DNA of 63,470 nt, the filler included, from Welwitschia mirabilis (lineage: Eukaryota), in the NCBI GenBank assembly GCA_051453625.1. It is 4 parts of one record of this genome, joined end to end, with 100 filler letters (N's around TTAATTAATTAA, not from the genome) between each part and the next. Parts side by side here need not be neighbours in the genome. Positions count along the whole stretch, not along the records: positions 23,540 to 30,223 come from JBOZIK010000001.1; positions 30,324 to 59,822 come from JBOZIK010000001.1; 2 more parts are not named here. One strand, written 5' to 3'. The stretch's first letter is position 1; the number at the start of each line of letters is the position of its first letter. Shown here in pieces: positions 24,160 through 37,994 of the stretch. The notes beneath the pieces were generated by a model. That model worked only from the letters and a program-made list of their open reading frames with translations. It was not told the DNA's origin and searched no databases. The translations under genes were made by a program, and so were the position numbers.

Positions 24160-27100
24160 CAAATATAATCTAATAGAAAGCACTTTATGATACCACATTA
24201 AAGCACAAATTTTGGAAGTCAAAGGGGAGAGAAATGGTAATTCCAGTAAAAGATTTTCATGAAATGCAAGAGTTTTATTTAGAATATCATAAGTAAAATT
24301 ACATTCATGGCCATTGAAAACATTTTTCTCATCCAAATTTAAATTATAATTTTTAATTTTTAACTTATGAAATGAACAATCTTCCTCAAGGTATGAATCT
24401 AGAAATTGGACTTCCTTACCTTCTCATGGCTATATTTGTTTTTCATTCTTAATTTATTCATCACAAAGCACATGCTTATTTGATTCCACCTCTCTTTCTT
24501 CAAGTGGGTGATGTTGCAAAAATAAAGTTGGTTTGATGTTGCTTTTAATATTTATTTTATTATCACCTTAATCTTTCTCAGTTATATCAAAGACTCTAAT
24601 CATAAAATTTATATTTTCAAAATGACATTTCTTGGTTCCTGCTCTTGTGTTAATGATGCAGTGGGCTGTTACATAAAAGGCTTTATCTAGAAGTAAAGGA
24701 TATCATGTGTTATGCTCAACTTCTATGATAATCACATCAATTAGGTAGCAAGCCTCTTTAATTTGTATTGCTAAATTTTTGATGATGCCTAATGGTTTTT
24801 TAATTAAGGTATATGCTAATTCTAAGATAATTTAGATAAGCTCTATTATATCCTCCAAACCAAATCTCTTACAAATGTAAAGTAACATAATGTTAACACT
24901 CGCTCCAATGTCAATCAAAGCTTTTCTTATCTTTTTGTTTTCCTCTATAGTAACATTCAGCAGTACTGCTCTTGGATCTTTAAATTTGNNNNNNNNNNNN
25001 NNNNNNNNNNNNNNNNNNNNNNNNNNNNNNNNNNNNNNNNNNNNNNNNNNNNNNNNNNNNNNNNNNNNNNNNNNNNNNNNNNNNNNNNNNNNNNNNNNNN
25101 NNNNNNNNNNNNNNNNNNNNNNNNNNNNNNNNNNNNNNNNNNNNNNNNNNNNNNNNNNNNNNNNNNNNNNNNNNNNNNNNNNNNNNNNNNNNNNNNNNNN
25201 NNNNNNNNNNNNNNNNNNNNNNNNNNNNNNNNNNNNNNNNNNNNNNNNNNNNNNNNNNNNNNNNNNNNNNNNNNNNNNNNNNNNNNNNNNNNNNNNNNNN
25301 NNNNNNNNNNNNNNNNNNNNNNNNNNNNNNNNNNNNNNNNNNNNNNNNNNNNNNNNNNNNNNNNNNNNNNNNNNNNNNNNNNNNNNNNNNNNNNNNNNNN
25401 NNNNNNNNNNNNNNNNNNNNNNNNNNNNNNNNNNNNNNNNNNNNNNNNNNNNNNNNNNNNNNNNNNNNNNNNNNNNNNNNNNNNNNNNNNNNNNNNNNNN
25501 NNNNNNNNNNNNNNNNNNNNNNNNNNNNNNNNNNNNNNNNNNNNNNNNNNNNNNNNNNNNNNNNNNNNNNNNNNNNNNNNNNNNNNNNNNNNNNNNNNNN
25601 NNNNNNNNNNNNNNNNNNNNNNNNNNNNNNNNNNNNNNNNNNNNNNNNNNNNNNNNNNNNNNNNTATAAGTACTTTTCTTTTTCTTTTTGCTAAGATAAG
25701 AAAAGTTGTAATAATCTAAAATATCTATGTTCTCGTCCTCTTCTTCTTTATTGCTTTGGGAGGTGAAAGGATCACATGGAGAAGGATTTATTTCTTATCC
25801 ACTTATTATCACAATCTTGCAATATCTTCTTAGTTGATTTGGATTGGTAAAGGTTGTATAGGTAAATCTCCCTGAGGTCTTTGGTTTGCTAAGATTGTTT
25901 GTTAAAAGATGTTTGCCATGTTCTCTATGTTAAAATTTGTTTTTCTAAGTTCATCTGTAAGGTTTGTGAGTTGATCATTTAGATATCGAAAGTTTGATGG
26001 ACTTGGCGAATAGTTTGCATTTTTGAATCGATTTCTAAAAGTTTGAAAATTATTTTAAGAATGACCGTTCAATGTTAGTTGTGCCTATTTTTGGTTTTGA
26101 AAGTTTTGAGATGGTTGATTGAACATATAAACTTCTTCACAAATTCTCTCTTTGTAAGTTGGTTAAGAGGATAATTTTTAGTAACATGATAGTTGTCCTC
26201 ACATAATCACAAGTTGATATAACATTTCTATCAGTTGTGGTTTTAGCATCTAAGATCATCTCTGCATACTTCTCCAATGTGGTTGTAAAATCTTTTATAT
26301 AATTTATAAGGTTGTCTTCTACCTCTTTTTATTGCTTCACTTGTTTTAAGTCCTTAATGAGTTGGCCTATCATTTGATTTTTTTTAGGTGTTGACCAAGT
26401 TTTACTAACCTTCATAAGTTCTTCTAATTTTATCTAGGCATATTTTAAAGTAAGGTTCATGATGTTTCCATCATAAGATAAATCTACAAGTTGTTTCATG
26501 AAGGAAGTCAATCTACTATAAAAATGATCTAGTTGTTCTACTCTTTAAAAGGCATCTACTGGATTAAAGTGGACTGCTATAGAGAAATGTTCATAAGTAA
26601 AGGCATAATATTCATTTAGTCTTTGATGGAAGTTTATTACCTCTTTTTTCTTTTTTTTATGGTTTTTTCACTTATAAATCTCTTTACAAAGGTTTCCTAG
26701 ACATGATCCCATGTTTTTAGGCTTTTGTGGGGTATAGTTTTTAGCCAAAGTTTTGCCCTATCATTTAATGTCATAGAAAATATTACCATATATGTTCTAT
26801 CCATTATTCTTTTTCCCATTTCCTGAGGTGAGGATAAGTTATTCAATATCTATAATGTATTGAAGAGGATCCTCATCTTCTTCTTCAAAAAGTTAGATAG
26901 ACATATAAATTTTTAAGCTCAACATCATCTCCTGGGGATAGGTCAAAAGGTATTTGAATTTCTCTTTTCTTATTAGCTAACAATTCCCTCAGAGTAAGGT
27001 TGGCATTAGGGGTAGAAGATCATACAACTTATTTTTATTTATAGGAGGCACTCAACATTATGGATTAGTTCTCTCCTTCTATAGGTTTTTTGTCAATAAA

Positions 27101-28807
27101 ATCTGATTCAGAAAAAAATAAATTTAAAAGTAGGTTTAAGTGCACCTGGAGACCATTCTTCCAATTCATTTTCTATTTTCACTAATCATTCTTTGATGTT
27201 CTCTTCTATTAGCTATTTTTCTCTTAGATATTTCTTCTCTAAGTTGACCATATCACAGAATCCTATAAACAAAAAACGACAAAAAACAGATAAAAAATAA
27301 CAGACTTATCATTCCATTTGTCATGAGTATGATAGAAGAGATTATGCACACAGAAACAGAAAAGTAGAAATAGAACTAAAACTAAAATAAAAAGCATAAA
27401 ATACAAAAAAAATGTCTGTCATCCACCTTATCATTTGAACATCACAGGAGATGACAGAAAACTAATTTATTTAGAAAATCATAATCCAAGAACAAAACTA
27501 AAAACAAAAATAGTACATTGTCATCTTAACTGTCGTGTAGACGATAGAGGAGATGACCACACATTTTTACAAAAAACTAAAACTAAAAATCTAAAACTAA
27601 AAAAGAGCACATAGAAAACTTATAGCTCCTCATAAAATACAATGTTCCATAGACAAATAACCAAACCGAGTGCTAATATCTTCATCCAAATGATGACAAT
27701 CCTTGTACTCCTTGATAGCCCTTCTCGATAATGGCACTAATTTGTTATGATGTGTATTTGTATAAACTTTTATGTTTAAAGAGATCCTATCATTAATAAT
27801 CAAAATATATATTCTATATAATACATCACACTAGTATAATGGAAGTTAATCCAAAATGTCATATCCACGTTGAAGTCTATGAGTATGAGACTTAAATAGC
27901 TTTGTAAAATAATAGGAACTAGAAAGTAAATAACAATGTAAGAAATAAAGGTATAATGCAAGATGTAAAATGCACTCTAAAATAACATGCAATGCAAAAC
28001 TAACCCTAACTCTACTTGATTTCAACCTTAACAAAGGCTGTACTTGATAATCTATATCACCTAAGAAATTGTCACCAGATCAAAGGAAACATATACTATA
28101 AGACTCATGAGAAAATTTAACATGCAAATATAAAATTAAAATAAGGTTTCTATATTAAAGAGTAACAAGTATTTTGGTTACAATACAACTGAGTTTCAAT
28201 GGAAGATACTCAGCCTTCCACAAAGTGCATGTCTTTCTGCAACACCTAAGATAGATTTTCTTCCCTTCGCTCTCTTATCACAAGAATGTCCGGTGCATAA
28301 AAGATGAGAAGGAGAATCAAAGGGGGGGTTATTTATAGGAAAATATAGCAAAATAGGACAAATAGTAGGTGTAGTTAGGTGCACTCATTAAGGACTCAGA
28401 AATGAACAAAAAAATTAAGAAAATCTATCAGTGATAGTTACATGTCAGTGTCATCTAGTCAGATGACATAGGAGATGATAGCACATTATAAAATATCTTT
28501 GAAATGATGACTCAACAGTCCACATCAGCAGTTGTCATCCTATCTATCGTGTGGATGACAGAGGGGACAATGGATTTCTTTGATGATTTTCTTAAGAAGA
28601 AACTTAGCTTTTTTATCATGAATTCTTCTTTAAAGATCTGTTCATTAGAAAGTGCCTTTAATGCATTAAATTTAGATAATAATTGCACTTTTTTGAGATT
28701 TTCTCTTGTATCTTCAAAATCCTTAGAATTGCATCTAAACTTGTATAAAAGTCCTACAAAACCACTCATAAAGCTCCATCAAATAACCATAAATTGGAAA
28801 TGTAACA
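24160..28807 (-). mobile_element. Athila-like element: protease and gag remnant, 5' UTR, PBS (~27723-27739), 5' LTR 27743-28807
   Basis: Minus strand ALIDIGASVNIM (~24890-24925); homologous throughout to 21200-23340; degenerate TGGCGCCGTTGCCGGGGA-type PBS next to the LTR. Confidence 0.8.
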
Positions 28808-30223
28808 ATTGCATTCAGAGATTAATATTAAACATGAGAGTCTTTATTTAAGATCCAAGGATTTGTAAGAAACTTCTTAGGGTAAGAGATTAAGATAGGT
28901 TTAACATACTTAAGAAGCTCTTTAACTTTTAATTTCAAACATNNNNNNNNNNNNNNNNNNNNNNNNNNNNNNNNNNNNNNNNNNNNNNNNNNNNNNNNNN
29001 NNNNNNNNNNNNNNNNNNNNNNNNNNNNNNNNNNNNNNNNNNAAACATGGATTAGAATAAAAAAGATATTGATTTTCCTAGTTAAGAGTTCCAATGTATC
29101 CCAAATTTTATTTTGGAAAAGAATGATCAATGGAAACACATGGAAGAATTAACTTTGCAAATGAGAAAAAGATGTTACTTTTTGTACATGAAGTTTCCAA
29201 GGAAAGAGGTTGGGATATTTTTGAACTCAACTCCTCAAGATGATGTGGCTTATTACTTTCAAGGATAAGAATATGATTTGGAGAGCTACTTGTTTGAATT
29301 ATTTCTTCATTGATTGTATCTCTCTTTTTATTTTATGATTGATTATATCTTATTTTTCTTTTTCATTTTGTTGAGGCTCATTATTCTCTTTTAAGTTGGT
29401 GGATTTCTCAAAAAGATTATTAGAAATACTGTAGAAAGAAAAGATTTTATTTTTTACATTATTTGATGAAATATATTTTAATGTTTCTTGGCTTTATTCC
29501 TCTTCCTCTCTAAATAATACCATTAATTCTAAACTATTATCCTCATTTGAGTTGAGTTGATCATTTTCTATTGATCCTGTTTCAATGCTTATATTAATTA
29601 ATTTCAAAAGTTGAGCTTCAAGTATTGGTGAAACTCCTTCATCCTTACAAAATACATGAAAGTTTGGGATATGATCTAAAATTTCAATTTTATCATCATC
29701 TTCTTCTTCTTCACTATTCTCATCATCTTTTTACATGTTGTTATTTCCATTAGAAGAAGAAATGTGATAATCATTTTTATCATAGATAAAGAATTTTTAG
29801 ATTGTTCATGAATGTATTCTTCATATAATTAATGGTTTTTTAATACCTCATCATCATCATCTAAATAATCATCCTCATCTTCATTCTTGAAAGATATAGT
29901 TAAATTCTCATTATCTCCTATTTTTCCATCTCTTAATGAGTATAATGATAAAGTTTAATCTAAAATTTTATTCTCAACTTGGAAGAAAGAATCATAATTA
30001 TTTATTCCTAATTTGTTTTCATTTTCTTTAAGGTAAGATGAATCTAGATAGTTTTGAGGATTTTGCATTTGAAGAGATCTTTGATTTTGTTGAATAAAGG
30101 CAATTAAAGTTTCTATTATTTTATTAGTATTTTCATAGTGCTTTTTTATTAAGTTCATTAATTCTTCTATTGGATCATTTTCTTCTTCATAGTAGTTCAT
30201 GGGAGATGGATGGGATGGGTAAA
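28808..30223 (-). mobile_element. Internal fragment of the variant Athila-like element (homologous to ~44840-46160)
   Basis: Colinear similarity, including the acidic, Asn-rich ORF remnant (29955-30200 vs ~45900-46140). Confidence 0.75.
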
Positions 30224-30900
30224 NNNNNNNNNNNNNNNNNNNNNNNNNNNNNNNNNNNNNNNNNNNNTTAATTAATTAANNNNNNNNNNNNNNNNNNNNN
30301 NNNNNNNNNNNNNNNNNNNNNNNCATTATGTATTTTTATTATTATTATTAGAATTGAAGGAGATATTTTTATAATGATGTGTTTCATTATCTACCTAGTT
30401 TAAATAGAGTTAATAACATATATGTACTTTAGTTTATTTTATAAGAAGTAAAAATAACGCTTAAATATTCATGTCATCTAATCACTACAAGTTATTATAT
30501 ATAAATTATGACATATAAAGTAACATATAATAAATGAAGGTTTAAAATGGTACCAAATGAAGTAAACTTTATTTAAGATTGTTTTCTTCAAAGATCATAG
30601 AGTTCATACAATTAATATTAACATTAATAATTAATGATACAAATTAGAAAGAAATGATTTAAGAAAGTTCTAATGATATTTCAATAATTTTAAAATCATT
30701 GTTAATGTAAATATTATTGGTTTTCTATTCATATTGAAAGTCCTAGTAGTTTAACATTCTCTAATTGATTTAGCACCCTTTTAAAATTTTTTTTGATGGT
30801 AACCATCCTTTATAAGAATTATTTAATGGTTTCTTGTCATTTATATTGATAGACTTTATCCTTTTTTCTTCTTACAATCTTATCTTTAACCTTATTGCAC

Positions 30901-31976
30901 TATTGTAGTGTGTATTTATGCAAGCTTTTACATTTAAAGAGATCCTATCATTTTTAACCAAAATAGACATCTTACATAATACATTACACTAGTATAATGA
31001 GAGTAGACCCAAAATGTTGTATTCATGTTAAAGACTATGAGATAAGGCTTAGGTTTCTTTACAAAATGGAATAGGAACCATAAATAAATAATAATGTAGA
31101 AAAATAAAGGAATGTGATACAAATGCAAAGTGCAATTAATCTAGATGAATGTAAAATAAACTAACACTAATTGCTTTTAGCCTTAACGAAGGCTACCTTT
31201 AGTAATTTATATCACCTAAGAAATTATCACCAGATTATGGGCAACATAGACTATAAGAGTCATCAAAGAAACTAACATGCAAACATGAAAATAAAACAAA
31301 GTTTATATTAAGAAAGAGTAAAAAGCATCTTGGTTACAAAATAGTTGGGTCTCAATAAAGGATACACAGCTCTCCATCAAGTGCACATCTTTTTACAACA
31401 TTCAAGATGGATCTCCTTCCCTTTAATCTCCTATCATGAGAATTTACAATATAGTAAAGATAAGAAGGAGAGTTAAAGAGGGGTTTATTTATAATAACTT
31501 ATAGTAGAAAACGATAAATGGTAGGTGTGGTTAGGTGTACTTATAAATGAAATGAACAAAATGGTTAAAGGTTATTATTAGATTTAATTACATATCAGTG
31601 TCGTCTAGACTTTTGTCAAGGAAATAATGGAAATAATAGAACATTACAAACAATGACTCAAAATGATGACTCAATAGTGATTTAGCAGCCCACATCTACA
31701 GTTACCGTCTTGTCTGTCATGGGGATAGCATAGGGGATGACGATCTTTTTTGATTATTTTTTTAAATAAAACTTAGCATTTTTATCAATAGTCATTCTCC
31801 ATATCTTTGTACATTAGAATGTACTTTTAATACATCAAATCTAGATAAGAATTGCACATTTCTAAGATTTCCTCTTATATCTTCAAAATCCTAAGAATTG
31901 CACCTAAACTTGTATAAAAGTCCTACAAAACAACTTATAAAACCATATCAAATAATCACAAACTTGTAGTGTAATA
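30901..31976 (-). mobile_element. Athila-like LTR copy
   Basis: Full-length ~1.07-kb match to the family LTR; no PBS or PPT adjacent; TSD not recognisable. Confidence 0.8.
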
Positions 31977-31989
31977 GTAACTTAAAATA

Positions 31990-33818
31990 GCTATTAATCT
32001 CTCATTTTTTATTAACTAGTAATTACCCCAGCATAAGGGTTCTATTAGGATTAGGAGTTAAAAACCTTAGAACTTGTTTTTGTTTTTGCATGGCACTCAA
32101 CATTGCATGCAAATTTTCTCCTTCTATAAGATTTTCTTTAATGGGATCTAATGCAGAAAAAATGAATTCAGAAGAAGGATTGTATGCACCTATAGATTGC
32201 TTTTCCAATTCAAATTTTAAGTTTACTAGTCCTTCTCTAATGTTTTTTTCTCTTAACAACCTTTTTTTTTTATACTTCTTCTCTAGATTGATCATCTTGT
32301 AGCATCCTACAAATAGAATATAACAAAAAACAAAATAAAAAATAACAGATTATCATCCTAACTATTGTAGGGACGATAAAGGATATGACACATATAGAAA
32401 ACATAAAATAGAATTTTAACAAAGTAAAAAGCCAAAAACTAGAAAAATGCACAAGACGTTGTCCTCCTAGTTGACCAAATGACAAAGGAGATGACAAGGA
32501 CTGATTTATTTTTATCTAATAGAAAATCAAAATCTAATAAAAATTAAAATCATAAACCATCATCATACTTGCCATGGAAATGATTAAGTGGATGAAAATT
32601 ATTTCTCTACTGAAACAAAAACTAAAAAACTACAAATAGGAAACCCAAAGATTCTTAATAAAAATACAATGTTGATATGGATAAATAATTAAATGGAAAT
32701 CTAATGTCCTCACCCAAATGATGATACTTCTTATGCTCCTTAGTATCCTTTCTTGTCAATGGTACTAATTTCTTGTGATATATATTTGTGCAATCATTTA
32801 TACCCAAAAAGATCCTGTCATTCATAAATAAAATAGATATCTTGCATAATATAATACACTAGTATAGTTGCGAGTAAATCTGAATGTTGAATCTCATTGA
32901 AGAATTATAAGAGTAGAATAAGAATTGGTTTGCACAAGAAAATGATAACTAAACTTAAGAATAATGCATAAAGTAAAGATACAATGCAGATGTAAAATGC
33001 AACTAAATAAATGCAATGAAAATCAAATCTAAACTACTTTTCTTCAGCCTTGATAAAGGTTGTCCTTAAGATCTATATCATTAATGAAACTTTTAGTAGA
33101 TCAAGGGCAACACAAGTTATTAGGGACATCTAACAAATCTAAATACAATAATGAAAACAAAGTTTATATTTAATATGAGCCAACATCTAGGTTACAAAAT
33201 AGGTAGGCCTCAATAGAGGATGCACACCCCTCCACCAAAGGAACATCTTTCTACAACTCTCGAGATCGATCTCCTACCCTTCAATCTCCTGTCACAAGAA
33301 TTTCCGATGCATCAAAGATGAATAGAAGAGTCGAAGGAGGGTCTTATTTATAGAGTTACATAGCAAAACCATTACAAAAAAGGTGCTCCAAAATGCACTT
33401 CATTAAGAAAAAAGATGGACAAAATGATTAGGATTAACTATCAGAGTCAGTTATAATGGTAATCATAACTATTCTCCAAATGACATAGGGTAAAATATAT
33501 CTTTACAAAAGATGACTTATCAGATGACTCAGCAGTCCATATCAACATGCAAATGTGTTTTAATCCTGCCTTACATGGGAAGGGATAACAATCTTCTTCA
33601 TTTATTTTAGTGAAGGAAAGCTAGTCTTTCTATCATCGATCTTTCTCTAAAGCTTTCAGAATGTTCCTTGAATGCTATAAATCTTATTAAGAGTTGCACA
33701 TTTATGAGATGTTCTATTGATTCTTCAAAATCCATAGAATTCCATCTAAACCTATGTAAGTCTTTTATAAAATAGCTCATAAAATCCTATCAAATAACCA
33801 TAAATGGATAGTACATCA
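31990..33818 (-). mobile_element. Athila-like 5' portion: gag N-terminus (32023-32295), 5' UTR, PBS, LTR 32771-33818
   Basis: ORF MINLEKKY...KNIREGLVNLKFELE is homologous to 27130-27250; degenerate PBS at ~32750-32767. Confidence 0.8.
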
Positions 33819-33829
33819 AATGGTAACCA

Positions 33830-34230
33830 AAAGAAAGTTAATTCAATGTATGAAAGTAGCAACACATAATGGTTTTACTTTGTTGTAATTGAGAGAAAGT
33901 TAATTCAATGCACAAAAGTAGTAACGTGTGATGGTTTGGCTTTTCTTTTCACAACATGTGATGGTTTTATTTTTGACATGGGTAACATTTTTTAAAAAAC
34001 CTAGCTTTTATAGTATTTTTCATATTAAATGGCTTAAAAGATCATGCTTTTTTGATGATTGTTTCATTAAATACCTTAAAAGATTAAAAACATTTAAGTT
34101 TTTTAAATAAATGCCTTAAAACTCCTTAAAAATATTTTTTTAATTCAAGGTATTTACTAAAATGAATACCTTATAATTAAGGCATTTACTTAAATAAATG
34201 CTTTAAAAGCCTCTACTTCTTATACCATGA
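33830..34230. mobile_element. Possible CACTA-type terminal region
   Basis: Short sub-terminal-like repeats in both orientations (aaatgccttaa / ttaaggcattt, about 6 copies at 34069-34207); TIR degenerate. Confidence 0.35.
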
Positions 34231-35783
34231 TAGAGGAGACGATAGTATTTTTATTACTAATCTATAAATAGAAAGAAAATTTGTGGAAAAACAAATAAAG
34301 TTAAAAAGTTAAAATTGTCATTTCCAATGTTGTTAGGATGACATAGAGGATGATAGTAATCTTTAAAACTATAGAAAATAAAAATTGCTAAGATAAACCT
34401 ACTAAACTATGCTAAAAATATAGTACTATTTCAAATAAATAACCTAAATAGAAATTTGAGGTATTTACATGGATAGTAATAATCTTCTAACTCATTACAG
34501 CTTTCCCCAATAATGGAGCTAAAATGTTGTAGTTTAAATTTATGCAATCTTTAAGTCCTTAGGAATAAACCTATAAATCACAATACTTATAGAGAATACA
34601 TAATCGTATAAATAGGCATTAATCCAAATGCCATAATCTATTGAAGGCACTAGGCTAGAAGTTAAAGAATTAATTTCATAAGGTATTTTTAATATTTTCT
34701 ATTTTAGTAAATTAAAGTAAATATGAATGTAAATATAATGTAAGATAAATGACAGTGAAAATACAATGGATGGAATGTAAGTGAGATGAATTCTATTTGA
34801 ACTTTAATCCTCTTATCACAAGAACCATTTCTTTCTAACTTAGAGCAATTATAAAGAGTTTTATTACTTGTTCCTAATTGAAATAAGCTATAAGAATTTC
34901 CAAATAGAATATGGATAATGCAATATGAAATTAAAATAAAATAGTAATGCAAATCTAAACTATCAAAATAAACCTTACTAAAGGTTTCCCTTATGATCTA
35001 AACAAATCATAGAATTATCATTAAACTATAATCAACTTAAACCATAAGAGACATTTACATAATTATAGTGAAAAGAGAAATTGAATTAATCATGGACGTT
35101 TACATTCACTTACAATAAAGTAGTAGCACCTCAATGGATGATACTTAGCTCAACACCAAGGTAAATGTCTCTCTGTAGCTACTGGATGGACCTCTTATTC
35201 CTTCATATTCTATCAAAAGAACATTGGATATAAAAGATGAAAAAGAAAATAAATAAAAGGGAGGGGATTTATAGTTTTACATTGAAGTTCTAGAAGCTCA
35301 ACACTAGAAGTTAAAGAAGAAATCCTAGTAGCTCATATGAGTTGCATGTCCCCATTACAAAGATAATTCTTTTTGTCTATAGAAAATAGTTGTCATTGTA
35401 ACTTTCATGGGGATGATAATGAAGATGTCACTACATGTTAAAAGGTGGTTCATCAGCTTCAGGCTCTACAGTCAACTCTATAGACTCCATCCATATCAGT
35501 AGTACTATCTTCTGTACTATCGTGGAGACAAAAAAGGGAACAATAGGTTTCTTCATCTTCTAGATCTAGGAGAAATTAGTTTTCTACATGTTAAATCCTT
35601 CCTTTAAAGTATGAAGTATCAAAACAAGCCTGATATGCCTCCAAATATGCTAAGAATCACATGTTTTAATTACCATTTTATCAGTTCTTCATAATTATTA
35701 GAATTACATCCAAATGTATATAAATGTCTTATAAAAGTTACTTAAAATACACTATTAAATTCCTACAAACTAGCATTATGACA
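34231..35783 (-). mobile_element. Athila-like 5' UTR, PBS and a divergent-subfamily LTR (34525-35783)
   Basis: PBS-like tccccaataatggagcta at 34504-34521; the LTR shares motifs with the main family but is more diverged. Confidence 0.65.
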
Positions 35784-36260
35784 CCCATTTAATTTGCAAA
35801 AAATTATTGAGCATGTATATCAAATTAAACATTCATAAAGGGTTTTTAACAAGAGTAATAAATATAAACAATTTGAAGTATAGTTCATAAGATATGTAAT
35901 ACTCATTAATAGATGTAATAAATGCATAGATTATAGTGAATGAAATATTTAATATTCATTAATAAATGTAACAAAATCATGATTTATGATAAATGTATTA
36001 TGTATTAGTAAACAAAACAAAATGATACCACATGCATTTCTATTACTTAATATTAAGCAATACAGTAGAAAAGTGCTTATAAAAGCAATTACAACTAATC
36101 GAAATTGATAAGTACTACTAAGAAATAACTGATAACATCTGATACTAATTTATTAAAACTAAAAAAATAACTACTATTTCTTCCCATTTTAATATAAATG
36201 ACAAAGGAGAAAAAACCAAAAAGAACAAGCATAACTGAAAATAACAGAGAAGATGAGAAC

Positions 36261-36950
36261 TCAAGTAGATTCTTCTTCTTCTTCCTCCTCAGATTTGTCT
36301 TTAAAATCTGTGTCTTTTTCTTTGTCTTCTTTAGCTACTTTTTGTGTTGAACTATTGGCTTCCTCAAAAGTTTCTACTATCTTATACCCTGTTGTAATTA
36401 GAGCCTCTTTCATATGACTTCTATAACAATCCAACCTCCTCAAGTATGAAAAAGTCTCTTCAAGAGAGCCTTGCATGGGAGAAGGAGACTTGTAAGATTT
36501 TTTAGATCTAATAAAAATTTGTATGTAGGACAAAGTTGCACATACAATGGCTAATATAGGGATTAAAGTTTCTAATTTTGGATGTAAATAGACTTTAAAA
36601 TAATAACAAATATTAGAAATCAAAATAGAGTAAGGAAAAGCCCTAGTCTTATGATACTCTAACTAAGAGATTATGTTTTTAAGCATAATGGCAAGAGTAT
36701 TAATAGAATGTCTAATTTTCATCGAATACAACAACTAAGCTCTATAGTTAGAGGTCTCATCATGATAACCCACTAAAGGAAAGAAATTTTAAGTAGAGAC
36801 CAAACGCAAAAGCGATTCTTTGGGTAAGGTATGAGATCAAGAGTGTGGTTTTCCTATAAATAAACATAGCGCAGATCTCCTTGGTAAACTCTATCTTATC
36901 CTCAATGGAATCATGTAAGGGATAAAGCTCTTCATAATTTCCTCTAAGGA
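36261..36950 (-). pseudogene. env-like / Transposase_32-type extra ORF remnant of an LTR retrotransposon
   Basis: Minus strand GYHDETSNYRA*LLYSMKIRHSINTLAIMLKNI...AFPYSILISNICYYFKV with an acidic C-terminus; resembles the RA.LLY...I.....LP(Y/F)..LIT.IC motif of Athila/SIRE extra ORFs. Confidence 0.55.
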
Positions 36951-36951
36951 T

Positions 36952-37994
36952 TCTTGCAGTATATATTTGTACAAGTTTTATACTTAAAAGATCTTATCTC
37001 TTATAATCAAAATAGATATACACAATACATCACACTAATATAGTTGGGAGTTAATCCAAATGTTGTATTTTCATTTAAAGGATATGAGATGAGATTTAAA
37101 TTACTTTTGCAAAATAATGTAGAAAATAAAGTTCAATACAAATACAAGATATAACCTAATCTAATATGCAATGCAAAATGTTGCTAACACTACCTACTTT
37201 TAGCCTTGACAAAGGCTACCCTTGATGATCTATATCACCTAAGAAATTATCACTAGATTAAGTACAACATAAATCATAAGGATCATCTAACAAACTAATA
37301 TGCAATGAAGAAAACAAAGTTTATATTAAAGAGTAATGACATCTAGGTTACAAAACAACTGAGCCTCAATGGAGTATACACAGCCCTCCACTAGGGAATA
37401 TCTTTCTGCAACACTCAATGTGGGTCTTCCAACCTTTGATCTCCTGTCACGATAATTTCTAGTGCAATGAAGACAAGTAGAAGAATCAAAGGATGACTTA
37501 TTTATAAGAAAACACAGTAGAAAATGAAAAATAGAAGGCATGGAAAGACGTGCTCATTTACAGAAAGAAATGGATGAAACAGTCAAGGGTTGGCTGTCAA
37601 AGTCGGTTACATGTCAATGTCGTCTTAACTATCGTCTAGACGATGATGGAAATGACAGCTCATTATAAAAGGTGACTCAGCAAATGATTCAGCGATCCAC
37701 ATTAGCAATTAATAGTGTCATTATCCTGCTTATCATCTGGACAACACAGGGAACGGTGGTCTTCTTTAATATCCAAGTTAGTAGAAGCTAGTCCTTTTCT
37801 ATTAGTAATCTTCCTTCACAACCATGAGTATCAGAATGTGCCTTAAATGCCTCAAATATTGTTAAGAATTGCACATTTTTAAGATTTTCTATTAAATCTC
37901 CAAAAATCCTCAAAATTACACCTAAACCTGTACAAATATCCTGTAAAACAGATCATGAAACCCCATCAAATAACCACAAATTAATAGTGCAACA
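36952..37994 (-). mobile_element. Athila-like LTR copy (solo-like)
   Basis: Full-length match to the family LTR, ending gtgcaaca. Confidence 0.8.
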